Shown here in pieces: positions 22,147 through 31,710 of a DNA stretch of 38,333 nucleotides. The stretch covers positions 1 through 38,333 of the forward strand of contig JBGTHW010000069.1 in assembly GCA_041746035.1 (NCBI GenBank), written 5' to 3'. A program made the position numbers and the translations under genes. The stretch's first letter is position 1; the number at the start of each line of letters is the position of its first letter. This stretch comes from Parasphingopyxis sp. Its GTDB lineage: Bacteria; Pseudomonadota; Alphaproteobacteria; Sphingomonadales; Sphingomonadaceae. Under the pieces are notes generated by a model. The model made no database searches and was not told where the DNA came from. It saw only the letters and a program-made list of their open reading frames with translations.

Positions 22147-24020
22147 CAGCGGCCGATCTCAAGCGGGATATCGTATTCGTCCCGATAGCCATGATATTCC
22201 GCGATCAGCGGATATTTGCGGTATTCGTCTTCGACGAGCAGCCTGAACCGGGCTCCGCCAATGAAATGCACGATCTTGGCCTGCTCATATGCCGCCTGCA
22301 TCAGCTCCTCGTCATCCGTATGCACTTTGAAATTATAGGCATCGGGCATATAAATTTTTGGAAAAGGACGGAAAACAGCGTTGAATATCGGCTGGTCGCG
22401 CAAATGCGATGTTCGGCCCTTGGCCAGTTCCTCAAGCGCCAGAGCGAAGCGTTCTTCGCCGAGCAAGTCACCACCGAACAGCATGACACCCGCATTGAAA
22501 TGGCCGCGCACCAGGGTGCGTGTCCGCTGTTCGCCGAGCGATTTTCCCCCGGACACTGCCGCGATCGTCTCGCGAGGATTTTTGCGCCCCTCGATATCGA
22601 AGAGCACGTCAATCGGCGCGCGCGTCATGGTGTCGGCATCGAGCCAGATTACGGTATCATACTGGTCGTATTTCAGGATCGACAGTTTCAGAAAAGCTGC
22701 CTTTTTGCTTGGAACCTTCGCGTCGGCGGTTTTCACTCCCGGTCGAGCCGCAATGATTTCGTCGCTGAGAAAATCGGAACCGGGGCTGTGGAATATCACA
22801 TTGCCATAGACGAAACGCAGCCGGTCGCGATTGGCTTTCGAGAGTGGCGCGTAGGTATCGTCATGCAGCATAACGACATCGAAATCGTCGAGATTGGGCG
22901 TATTTTTTTTCAGCGCTGCCAGCCAGACCATTCCCAGCGTCAGAAAATTATCGGTGACGATGGTTACGATAAGGGTTTTGCTGCGCGGTTCCGCTGGCGG
23001 CGCGGAAATCGACCGTATCTCCTGTTGCCGAACCTTGTTCCGGTTTCCCCCGGTGCCAGCGATGGAGGAAACCGATGGCTTGCGGGCGATCAGCGTCAGG
23101 CAGCCGCGCGGATTGTCGAACGCGCTGTCTTTCGGAGGGTTGTAAATCGTATCCGCGCGATCTTCGATCTTGTTATATGTCTTGTTCAAAGGGCGGCACA
23201 ATAGCAGCTCCAGATCGAGTTTCCGGCCTATATTGTGCAGGGACTCAGGCGTGAAAAACAGCGTGTGCGGTTCATGCTTGTAGTGGTAGGTTTTCCATCC
23301 CAGTCCGCCGGGCGGCACTTCGATATAGAAGATGCCGCCGGGGTTCAGCCGGTCCACAAGCTTCGTGAGACGGGGCAGGACATCGCCATACTGGAAATGC
23401 TCGAGGCTGTGGGAGAGCAGGATGACGTCGTAGCGGAAATCGCCGACGGTATCCCAGTCGACGATCCTGGCACCGATGTGATCGAGGAAGGGGCGCGAAT
23501 ATCGGTCGTGCTCCAGCGCAAAGCTCTCTCTGGCACCTGCCGTCCTAAGCGCATAGCCGGGCCCGGAGCCGATATCGAGCATCGCGCCGATATCGGGCAT
23601 GCGTTTCCGGATACGACTGATTTGCGTCCGTGCGCGGTTTCGATACCGGGCGAGGTTTCCGGGCGGCGTGTCCGAATCCATCCGGGCAAAATACTGCTCC
23701 GGGTCTGCTTCGCGATCGCCGCGATTATCGACCGCATATTCGTCACGGTAATAGTCGTCCAGTTCGAAGGACGTCTCGGGAACCATGCCAAAGCCGCAAT
23801 TGCCGCACCATAAAACGATCTGCCGGGCGAAGAGCGCGCTTGAAAAGAAAGGATAGGCCGAGATGTGCGACGTTTGCTTGTCGCAACAAATGCATCGCGC
23901 CTTGCGGATGTCCGGCATTTCCCAGAAGGCGAGAGGCTGTTCCCTGATAGCCAGCCCGAAAGGCTTGTTTTGTCGGGGTTTTGCCAAGCCCGGGTCCGGC
24001 GGATTTTTTTTCGGATTCAT
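22146..24020 (-). CDS. Fusion of class I SAM methyltransferase (N-terminal, Cys-rich lead-in) and GT8 family glycosyltransferase (C-terminal)
   Basis: N-term CICC...WCGNCG, LDIGSGPG, SHSLEH, LNPGGIFYIEVP; C-term VIWLDAD (DxD), FNAGVM, DQPIFN, YNF, KIVHFIG. Confidence 0.85.
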   Translation of the reverse strand: MNPKKNPPDPGLAKPRQNKPFGLAIREQPLAFWEMPDIRKARCICCDKQTSHISAYPFFSSALFARQIVLWCGNCGFGMVPETSFELDDYYRDEYAVDNRGDREADPEQYFARMDSDTPPGNLARYRNRARTQISRIRKRMPDIGAMLDIGSGPGYALRTAGARESFALEHDRYSRPFLDHIGARIVDWDTVGDFRYDVILLSHSLEHFQYGDVLPRLTKLVDRLNPGGIFYIEVPPGGLGWKTYHYKHEPHTLFFTPESLHNIGRKLDLELLLCRPLNKTYNKIEDRADTIYNPPKDSAFDNPRGCLTLIARKPSVSSIAGTGGNRNKVRQQEIRSISAPPAEPRSKTLIVTIVTDNFLTLGMVWLAALKKNTPNLDDFDVVMLHDDTYAPLSKANRDRLRFVYGNVIFHSPGSDFLSDEIIAARPGVKTADAKVPSKKAAFLKLSILKYDQYDTVIWLDADTMTRAPIDVLFDIEGRKNPRETIAAVSGGKSLGEQRTRTLVRGHFNAGVMLFGGDLLGEERFALALEELAKGRTSHLRDQPIFNAVFRPFPKIYMPDAYNFKVHTDDEELMQAAYEQAKIVHFIGGARFRLLVEDEYRKYPLIAEYHGYRDEYDIPLEIGR

Positions 24021-24023
24021 GGA

Positions 24024-25235
24024 TTATTTCTTTTCGGCCTGAATGGGCCGCGACCTGACGGTTTCGTCATATCGGGCAAGCAGCAATTTCTCGCAGATTT
24101 CGCGCACGGCACCGTTGCCGCCGGCCCTGTCGAGAATCAGATCGGCAACAGCCAGGGCCTCGCGCCGGGCATCGCGTGGTGCTACTGCCAGCCCTGCGGC
24201 CTGCATACAGTCGATATCGTTCACGTCATTGCCGACGAAGCAGATGGCACCGAGAGCGATATTATTGTCGTCGGCCCATTTGTGCAGGGCGGCAAGCTTG
24301 TCATTCTCGCCATGAATGACCGGCAGCTTCAGTTTTTCGGCGCGCCGCGCGACAACGGCGTTCGTTTCTTTCGACAGGATGAGGATCGGCATTCCGGTCG
24401 CCCGCAGCCGCTCGATCCCCAAGCCGTCGCTGCGCGAGCAGCGCACGGTTTCGCGCCCGTCCTGGTCGACGGACAGGGTGTCGTCGGTATGCACGCCGTC
24501 GAAATCGGTCACCAGCGCGCGAACCCGCGCCAGCGCCGGGACAAGGGTATCGGGCGCATCGATCGCCGTCGCCAAGGCCCGTGCCTGGTCAAGATCCTCG
24601 ACCGTGTCGATTTCGACCCTAGGGTGGGATGTCGGCACGAGGCCCACCGGGCCGCAAAACCTCGTTTCCGTCTTGCGGAAGCTCTCCACCCGCATGGCAT
24701 AGGCCGCGCCGGTCTCAAGATATTGCGGCGGCAAATCCTGGCGGCGTTTGCGCGGTTCGCGTGCATCGTAATTAAGCCCCCGTCCCGATCCATCCTCTGC
24801 GATTGCCCAGAGGAAGCCGTGATTTTCGACAACCGTCAGCGCCGCGTCGAACCGGTCATCGTCTAGCGTCGCAACAAGACTGTCGAGATCCGCGGCACTC
24901 GTGAACGGAGACGTGCACTGGATCATGACGAGCAGATCGGGGGAAAGTGACGCTATTGCCGGATCCTCGAGCGCGCTCAGCAATGCGGATTCGGAAGACG
25001 CCAGATCGCCTGCAATATCGGCGGGACGACGGATTTTTCCGGCCCCGGCCTGTGCCGCGATGTCGAGAATAGTCTCGTCATCGCTGGACACAAACACGGC
25101 ATCGATGCGGGTCGCCGATAGGGCCGCCTGTATCGATCGCACGACCAGAGGCACGCCACCGACCTTGGCCAGGTTTTTCCCCGGAACGCCTTTCGACCCG
25201 CCTCTCGCAGGAATGACTGCGACGGTCGGTCCCAT
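24024..25235 (-). CDS. neuA: Bifunctional acylneuraminate cytidylyltransferase / HAD (KdsC-like) phosphatase
   Basis: IPARGGSKGVPGKN, QCTSPF, RRQD, ETGAAY, EIDTVED, then HAD motifs DFDGVHTDD, SDGLG, K, GNDVND, GGNGAVRE. Confidence 0.92.
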   Translation of the reverse strand: MGPTVAVIPARGGSKGVPGKNLAKVGGVPLVVRSIQAALSATRIDAVFVSSDDETILDIAAQAGAGKIRRPADIAGDLASSESALLSALEDPAIASLSPDLLVMIQCTSPFTSAADLDSLVATLDDDRFDAALTVVENHGFLWAIAEDGSGRGLNYDAREPRKRRQDLPPQYLETGAAYAMRVESFRKTETRFCGPVGLVPTSHPRVEIDTVEDLDQARALATAIDAPDTLVPALARVRALVTDFDGVHTDDTLSVDQDGRETVRCSRSDGLGIERLRATGMPILILSKETNAVVARRAEKLKLPVIHGENDKLAALHKWADDNNIALGAICFVGNDVNDIDCMQAAGLAVAPRDARREALAVADLILDRAGGNGAVREICEKLLLARYDETVRSRPIQAEKK

Positions 25236-25236
25236 G

Positions 25237-26112
25237 TCAGGCCGCCTGGCTATCCTGTTCGCGCCATTTCAGCTTGTCGCGCTGGACCTGCTCGACCGGC
25301 AGGATGTCTTGGGATTTCCGGCCAAGCGACATTTCGACATTTTTCAGATCCCGAACGAGCCGGCGCAGTCCGTCGGGCTCGAGACTGGCGGCGTGATCGG
25401 TGCCCTTCCATGTGCGATCCAGCGTAAAATGCCGCTCGACATATTGCGCGCCGAGCGCGACCGCAGCGACATCGGCTGCGATACCCAGATGATGGCCTGA
25501 AAAAGCGATGGCCTTGACGCGGCCTTCATATTTTTCTCGCAGGCGCGTAATTTCGCCAAGGCAGATATCCTCGAATGCAACCGGATAGCCCGATGTGCAG
25601 GAATAGATGACGAGATCTTTGGCGCGATCGAAACCTTCGTAGAATTCGACGATTTCGGCAATCTCCGCCTGGGTCGTCATGCCGGTCGAGACGTGAATCT
25701 CGCCCTCGAAATGGCGGCACAGCCATTCCTGCAGGGGCCAGTGCAGATTGGTGGCAGAGGGGATTTTGAGCAAGCGCGGCTTCAGCGGGGCCATCTGCTG
25801 CGCCGATGTCAGATCCCAGACCGATGTCGAATATTCGATATTCTCCGAGCGGCAATGCTCCAGAAGCTCCTGGTGCTGGTCTACATTGAATTCGAGCGCC
25901 TCGCGATGGGCACCATAGGTTGCGCCATAGGCGTTTTCCGGCACCGGATGCTGCGTTTCATACTGTTCTCTGGAAAGCAGTTCGATATTGTGGCGCTTCT
26001 GGAATTTCGCGACATCCGCTTTGCAGACCCGCGCCGCGACGGAGATCAGTTCTTTGGCGATTTCCATATCGCCTTTGTGATTGCAGCCGATTTCGGCGAT
26101 TACCTGTACCAT
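25237..26112 (-). CDS. neuB: N-acetylneuraminate synthase family, short form (probable KDN-/Neu5Ac-9-phosphate synthase)
   Basis: IAEIGCNHKGD, KFQK, KIPS, STGM, CTSGYP, FSGH, ERHFTLDRTWKGTDHAASLEP; 291 aa with no C-terminal antifreeze/SAF domain. Confidence 0.92.
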   Translation of the reverse strand: MVQVIAEIGCNHKGDMEIAKELISVAARVCKADVAKFQKRHNIELLSREQYETQHPVPENAYGATYGAHREALEFNVDQHQELLEHCRSENIEYSTSVWDLTSAQQMAPLKPRLLKIPSATNLHWPLQEWLCRHFEGEIHVSTGMTTQAEIAEIVEFYEGFDRAKDLVIYSCTSGYPVAFEDICLGEITRLREKYEGRVKAIAFSGHHLGIAADVAAVALGAQYVERHFTLDRTWKGTDHAASLEPDGLRRLVRDLKNVEMSLGRKSQDILPVEQVQRDKLKWREQDSQAA

Positions 26113-26311
26113 TTCATAAACCTCGTATTTTAGCGATCATAGCCGATCGGAAACCGCCACCGCCTGCTCGCGGCAGGCGAAAATGTCACCTTGAGTGAAA
26201 AACCGATCCGATTTGGCAGAAAATCGGTCCGCTGTCACCCCGATTCCAGTCGGTTAGCGATTACGGTTTTCCGGTGATACAGCCTTCCGCGCTGGTCGGC
26301 CACGAAAACCT

Positions 26312-27796
26312 TCAGCCCGTTTTCTCCTCCATCTTTACAAACACCAGCACAGCGAGTCCGATGACGAACAGGATGGAGATCGAGGCCATGCCGATACGCT
26401 GGCTGTTGAAACGGGTGGTGAACAGCTCGACAAGGAGCGGTCCCATCCAGACTGTGATCGTCCCGGCGATGGCATAGAGACCAAAAAACTCGCCGCTGCG
26501 GCCCGGCGGTGCGAGCTGGACGAGCATCGCGCGGCTGGAGGAGATACTGGCGGTTACGGTCACCGCGACGATGCTGACCGAGCCCAGATAGACGATATCG
26601 GACAGGGTTCGGAATACCAGTCCGTCCCAAACCTGGAAATTGTCGAAAGCACCGAAGATCAATGTTTCGCGGGTGATCGAGAGCTGGAAGACCAGCATCG
26701 CGATCATCGTAACGATCTCGAGTATTAGCGCGCGTTTGACGCCGACTTTGGTGTCCAGCCAGCCGCCAAAAATACCGCCGAAAAACGCCCAGGCCGATGC
26801 GAAAATCGCGTAGCTGATCATTTCGAGAAAGCCCCAGTCCAGAAACAGCGAGACATAGACCGCGCCGAGCGCCAGCAGCGCCGCCATCGCATCCTGATAG
26901 AACATCCGCGCGATGAGGAATTTCATCAGCTGCGCATATTTCGCGGCCTCGCGCACCGTCTTCGCGACCGCGCGCGCGCCGTCTTGGAAGGCCCGGGGCC
27001 AGCTTGCACCCTGTATTCCCGGATCCTTCGCATTCAGGAAAAACGGTATCGAAAACAGAACGATCCAGACGGCGCAGATCGGTCCGGCGATGCGCATATG
27101 CTCGAAACGGTCGAGATCGATGCCGAACCGGGCTTCGGCGAAAGGCCACTGGATGGCGCCGGGCAAGACGAACAGGAAAACCAGCGCCATGAACATCAGC
27201 GTCGCGGCGAAATTGCCCAGCGCCAGCCCCATCCCCGAAATCATCGGCAGGGACCGGGTGTCGCCCGCGGCGGTCAGCATCGAATTATGGGCGACCTCGG
27301 AATAGGTGAAGGCGACATAGGCGACGACCAGCGCGATCATTATGGTGCTGGTCGACAGGCCTTCCTCGCCCGGAATCGCATACCAGAGCATCCATGACAT
27401 GACCGCGATGATGCCGATCAGCGCGGCGAGGATCGGCTTGCGCTTGCCGCCGCGATCCAGCGCCGCGCCAAGGAACGGGGCGGTCAGCGCGGCGACCAGC
27501 CCGGCCCATTTGGTGACGGAGGCGATGGCAGCCTGCCCGCGCGCATTGGCGGTCTGCGTCGCGGTTTCCGGATCGAGGCCGTCCAGCTCGCCACTGGCCA
27601 GCACGTCCGCGCCGATAATGTCGCGCGCGAAATAGGGCGCGAAGACATAGATGACGATCAGGATATAATAGGGGTTGCGCGCCCATTCGAACATCGCCCA
27701 GGCAAAGCCGGTTTTGCCGAGTGCGCCGCCAGTGCCTTCACCCGGCTTGGCGATGATCGGGCGGACGAACGGTTCGGGATCGGCGATACTGGTCAG
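26312..27796 (-). CDS. MFS transporter (UMF1/Atg22-like); probable CTG start at 27796 (first ATG at 27694)
   Basis: About 12 TM segments, FAWAMFEWARNPY, APFLGAALDRGGKRK, GEFFGLYA; GGGAG lies 8 nt upstream of the in-frame CTG. Confidence 0.85.
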   Translation of the reverse strand: MTSIADPEPFVRPIIAKPGEGTGGALGKTGFAWAMFEWARNPYYILIVIYVFAPYFARDIIGADVLASGELDGLDPETATQTANARGQAAIASVTKWAGLVAALTAPFLGAALDRGGKRKPILAALIGIIAVMSWMLWYAIPGEEGLSTSTIMIALVVAYVAFTYSEVAHNSMLTAAGDTRSLPMISGMGLALGNFAATLMFMALVFLFVLPGAIQWPFAEARFGIDLDRFEHMRIAGPICAVWIVLFSIPFFLNAKDPGIQGASWPRAFQDGARAVAKTVREAAKYAQLMKFLIARMFYQDAMAALLALGAVYVSLFLDWGFLEMISYAIFASAWAFFGGIFGGWLDTKVGVKRALILEIVTMIAMLVFQLSITRETLIFGAFDNFQVWDGLVFRTLSDIVYLGSVSIVAVTVTASISSSRAMLVQLAPPGRSGEFFGLYAIAGTITVWMGPLLVELFTTRFNSQRIGMASISILFVIGLAVLVFVKMEEKTG

Positions 27797-27973
27797 GTGA
27801 GAGGCTCCCGCTCGTGATGGCGCGGGGGTGCGCTGGATTCGCGGTCACCTCAAGCAAAATGTGCGTCGGGTTCGTCGTGCGCCGTGTTCGAAAGGGAAGG
27901 ATTTGCGCGCTGGCGTGTCTGCGGATAGGCTAACCAAGAAGCCGGTATGGCTGAAATTCAAGGGGAAGCGCAG

Positions 27974-29359
27974 ATGGCAACAGAGTCCGTGACGGAGCCG
28001 CTGGAAGAGGCGGCCAGTTCTTCGGGCGATGTCATGGCGGTCGTCCGGGACGGATTCGAAACCGCGCTGGACGCCCTCTGGTCCTACGCCGCACTGCAAC
28101 AACTGATCGCATTCCTCGCGGCCATCGCCGTCGGCTATCTGCTGTCGCGCTATCCGGTGCGGCGCTGCACCGCGCTCGCCGCGCTCAACGAAGAGAATGA
28201 GATACTGGCCAAGCTGTGGCGCGTGCTGGCGCGCATAGCCTGGCCCATCGCGACGGCAATCCTGCTCTGGATTGTCGCGCCGGTATTCGCCGCGTTAGGC
28301 CAGCCCAGCTACGGGTTGCGCGTGGCCGCCAGCCTGCTCGTGGCGCTGGTTGTGGTGCGGGTCGCGGCGTCGCTGATGCGGCGCGGCGCATGGCGGCAGG
28401 TTGTCGGCATCCTCGCCTGGACAGTAGCCGCGCTGTATATTCTGGGCTGGCTCGATCCGGTGACCGTGCGGCTCGACGCCACCGCCATCGAAATTTCGGG
28501 TTTCCGCCTGTCGGCGCTGCGGATCATCACGACGTTCCTCGTCATTGTCATAGCCTTCTGGATCGCGCGGCTGGCCGGCGACGCAGCGCAGGCGCGGCTG
28601 CGCGCTTCCAGGAGCCTGACGCCATCCATCGCCGGCCTGCTGGGACAGCTCGTCAAGATCGCCTTCATGGTCATCGCGGTGCTTATCGCGCTGTCGGCGG
28701 CGGGGATAAATCTCACCGCTCTAACCGTGCTGTCCGGTGCAATCGGCGTCGGCATCGGCTTCGGGCTGCAGGCGATTTTCTCCAACTTCATGTCGGGCAT
28801 TATCATATTATTCGAGAAATCGGTGAAAGTCGGCGATTTCATCGAGCTGGAATCGGGCGTCACCGGGCTCGTCACCGAGATCAGCATTCGCTCGACCAGG
28901 GTCACGACCAACGACCATGTCGATATTCTCGTGCCGAACGAGGAATTCATCAAGGCGCAGGTGACCAACTGGACGCTCAGCGAAGCGCGACGGCGCCTGC
29001 GGATTCCGTTCGGGGTGGCCTATGGCACAGAAAAGGAACTGGTGAAGAAGGCGGGGCTGGAAGCGGCCGGCAAGCTCGACTGGGTCTATGACGATGGCGG
29101 GAATCGCGCGCCGCAGGTGTGGCTGGTGGGCTTCGGCGATTCCAGCCTCGATTTCGAGCTCGTCGTCTGGCTGACCGAGGAGGCGACCAAGCGCCCCGCC
29201 AAGGTGAATGCCGATGCCTATTGGGAACTCCACACCGCGCTTTACAAATACGAAATCGAAATCCCGTTCCCGCAACGCGATCTGCATCTGCGCTCCCCGG
29301 ATACGGTCCGGATCGGCAGGGCGGAGGACGGGGAGAACGGGGAAGAAGGCGCGGAATAG
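27974..29359 (+). CDS. Mechanosensitive ion channel, MscS family (start may be 27947)
   Basis: GAIGVGIGFGLQAIFSNFMSGIIILFEKSVKVGDFIE, IRST, VPN, FGVAYG, FGDSSLDF, IEIPFPQRDLH. Confidence 0.94.
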   Translation: MATESVTEPLEEAASSSGDVMAVVRDGFETALDALWSYAALQQLIAFLAAIAVGYLLSRYPVRRCTALAALNEENEILAKLWRVLARIAWPIATAILLWIVAPVFAALGQPSYGLRVAASLLVALVVVRVAASLMRRGAWRQVVGILAWTVAALYILGWLDPVTVRLDATAIEISGFRLSALRIITTFLVIVIAFWIARLAGDAAQARLRASRSLTPSIAGLLGQLVKIAFMVIAVLIALSAAGINLTALTVLSGAIGVGIGFGLQAIFSNFMSGIIILFEKSVKVGDFIELESGVTGLVTEISIRSTRVTTNDHVDILVPNEEFIKAQVTNWTLSEARRRLRIPFGVAYGTEKELVKKAGLEAAGKLDWVYDDGGNRAPQVWLVGFGDSSLDFELVVWLTEEATKRPAKVNADAYWELHTALYKYEIEIPFPQRDLHLRSPDTVRIGRAEDGENGEEGAE

Positions 29360-29412
29360 AGCGTCGGCTCAGGCTGGCAGCGTTTTGATGTGTGCGATAA
29401 GCGGGGTTCCGG

Positions 29413-30729
29413 TTAGCCGTTTGCCACTGTGAGGCGCTCGACGAAACTGCCGGTGGCGGTTTTGAGGGACGAAAGATAGCCGTCCACTTCCCGGAACCCG
29501 TTGACCACTTCCTCGATATCCGTGGTTACATCCTCCGTTGCTTCGCGAATGGCGGCGATCGTACCCGACATCGAGTCTGCGGCAAGGGCCGTTTCGTCGA
29601 CGGCCGCTGTGATCGAGGTAACCGTCCGTGCCTGATTCTCCATGGCCCCCTGAATACGACCGGCCGAATTCTGCACCTCCGCAACGATGGAACTGATCGC
29701 ATCGCTGGCATCGACGGTCTGCGAGGTTGCCGACTGGATGGCGGCAATTTTCCTGGCGATGTCGTCGGTCGCTGCCGATGTCTGGCTGGCAAGGCTTTTT
29801 ACTTCCTGCGCGACAACCGCGAACCCCCTGCCGGCGTCCCCGGCGCGCGCGGCTTCGATGGTAGCGTTCAATGCGAGCAGGTTGGTCTGGCCGGCAATGT
29901 CCCGGATCAGGCCCAGTATCGATTCGATGGCAAGCGTATGGGCGGACAGGACCTCGCTGATGCGCACCGCCTCTTTCGACTGGCTGGCCGCACGGGCAAC
30001 GATTTCGCTGGATTGCTCGACTTCGGCGCGGGCCTCTTCGATGGCGCGAATCAGGCCGGTCGCCGTTTGCGCTGCTTCGCGCATGGCCAGCGCGGATTGC
30101 GCGGCGGCAGCGGCAACGTCGGAGGCCTTGCCGAACATGCCATGCGCCGAAGCCGATGCATCGGCAGCGTTTTTCGTCACATTCCGGCTGTGTTTGCTGG
30201 CCTCCTCTACAGTTGCTTCGATCTGTTCGCGAAACAGTGCGCTGCTTTCGCGCCGCGCTTCCTCCTGCCGGCGTGAATCATACTCGGCCAGAAAACGTGT
30301 TTCGATATCGGTTTCGAGCGCGACATAGCTCATCATCGCGCGGGTAAGGCGGTGCAATTTTTCATTCTCGCCGCCGAGCATTTCGTGGATCGATTCGAGC
30401 ATGCGCTGCATCGCATAGTCGGTCGAGGCGAACAGCCGGGTGGTTTCGATATCGTTGCGGATTGTCCGGATCGCGCTTTGCCGTGCCAGCTCGACCCAGC
30501 CCTGGCCCCGCGGATGCTGAAAGCGCTCCCGGATATAGCCGGTGCTGCGGTCTATCTGCTCTTCCAGCTCCTTGCCGGTTAATCCGGCGAGCTGCGGGTT
30601 GTCCATACGGAAATGATCCCAGAATATTGTCGCAAATTCGCGTTCCCGGCCATTGATGAGCGTGCCGATGGCCTTGATGTCGGCCTCCAGCGTGCCGGTG
30701 TGATCGTAAAGCCCAAATCTGTCGGTCAT
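29413..30729 (-). CDS. Soluble methyl-accepting chemotaxis protein with globin-like N-terminal domain
   Basis: [37 protein letters not shown] signalling hairpin; no TM segment; helical N-terminus resembling protoglobin/HemAT. Confidence 0.9.
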   Translation of the reverse strand: MTDRFGLYDHTGTLEADIKAIGTLINGREREFATIFWDHFRMDNPQLAGLTGKELEEQIDRSTGYIRERFQHPRGQGWVELARQSAIRTIRNDIETTRLFASTDYAMQRMLESIHEMLGGENEKLHRLTRAMMSYVALETDIETRFLAEYDSRRQEEARRESSALFREQIEATVEEASKHSRNVTKNAADASASAHGMFGKASDVAAAAAQSALAMREAAQTATGLIRAIEEARAEVEQSSEIVARAASQSKEAVRISEVLSAHTLAIESILGLIRDIAGQTNLLALNATIEAARAGDAGRGFAVVAQEVKSLASQTSAATDDIARKIAAIQSATSQTVDASDAISSIVAEVQNSAGRIQGAMENQARTVTSITAAVDETALAADSMSGTIAAIREATEDVTTDIEEVVNGFREVDGYLSSLKTATGSFVERLTVANG

Positions 30730-30801
30730 TCCCGGAACCTTCCTGTTTCCTGCCGCGCCAATCGAACAAATTTTTCGCGGCCTTTACCCTAGCTTGCAAT
30801 G

Positions 30802-30817
30802 GTTAATGGCCGGTTAG
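30802..30817 (-). promoter_or_regulatory. CtrA-binding site upstream of the MCP gene
   Basis: Minus strand CTAA-CCGGCCA-TTAAC, one mismatch to TTAA-N7-TTAAC, ~75 bp upstream of the MCP start. Confidence 0.65.
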
Positions 30818-30895
30818 CTTTTGCGTTTCGCCGTTTGCATGGCCAGCCGGTTCGGTTAAGAGAGGCGCGAACAGGCTAACCGTCAGGGACAGAAT

Positions 30896-31324
30896 ATGAC
30901 ACGCGATACATCGCGGCCCTTGTCGCCGCATCTGCAAATCTGGAAATGGGGGCCGCATATGCTGGTCTCCATCCTCCACCGGGTGGCGGGCGACGGACTT
31001 GCCATTGTCGGCGGTGTTCTTTTCGCCGGGTGGTTGCTGGCCGCAGCGAGCGGGGAAGAAAGTTACAACTGGTTTCTCGGCCTGCTGACCGTCGAGAGCG
31101 GCGCGATCAACATTGTCGGCGCGATTATCGGGATCGGGCTGACCTGGGCTTTTTTCCAGCATCTGTTCAGCGGGCTGCGCCATTTCGTGCTGGATGCCGG
31201 TGCAGGCTATGAGTTGCAGACCAATAAATTCTGGTCGATTGCCGTGGTGGCGGGCGCGATTGTCGCGACCGTGGCCCTGTGGCTCTGGCTGTTATTGCCC
31301 GCGCTGACCGTGGGAGCGGCCTGA
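30896..31324 (+). CDS. sdhC: Succinate dehydrogenase cytochrome b556 subunit
   Basis: RPLSPHLQIW, SILHR, HLFSGLRHFVLD. Confidence 0.96.
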   Translation: MTRDTSRPLSPHLQIWKWGPHMLVSILHRVAGDGLAIVGGVLFAGWLLAAASGEESYNWFLGLLTVESGAINIVGAIIGIGLTWAFFQHLFSGLRHFVLDAGAGYELQTNKFWSIAVVAGAIVATVALWLWLLLPALTVGAA

Positions 31325-31710
31325 TGGGGAGCGGGACGGGACTGGGCCGGGTTCGCGGGCTGGGCTCCGCAAAGCAGGGCGCGCATCACTGGTGGATGCA
31401 GCGGGTCACGGCGGCCGGCAATCTGCTGCTGGTCAGCTGGTTCGTCATCTCGCTCGTGCGCCTGCCGAGCCTCAGCTACGAGGTGGTCACCGGCTGGATG
31501 GCATCGCCGCTGGTTGCGATTGCGCTGATGCTGCTTTCGGTGAATGTCTTCTGGCATCTCCGGCTGGGGCTACAGGTTCTGATGGAGGATTATGTCCATA
31601 ATGAAGCCTCCAGGCTCGGTATGCTGATCCTGCTTAATTTCTATGCCATTGGCGGCGCGGCGATATCGGTATTCTCCATCGCGCGCATTGCTTTCGGGAG
31701 CGCCTCGTGA
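31324..31710 (+). CDS. sdhD: Succinate dehydrogenase hydrophobic anchor subunit
   Basis: [35 protein letters not shown]; TGATG coupling to sdhC. Confidence 0.96.
   Translation: MGSGTGLGRVRGLGSAKQGAHHWWMQRVTAAGNLLLVSWFVISLVRLPSLSYEVVTGWMASPLVAIALMLLSVNVFWHLRLGLQVLMEDYVHNEASRLGMLILLNFYAIGGAAISVFSIARIAFGSAS

Noticed and set aside
26150-26184. Hairpin CGCCTGC-TCGCG-GCAGGCG plus GGCGGTGGCGG upstream of neuB as an ops/JUMPstart element
   Set aside because: Does not match GGCGGTAG well and there is no NusG paralogue in the window; unsupported
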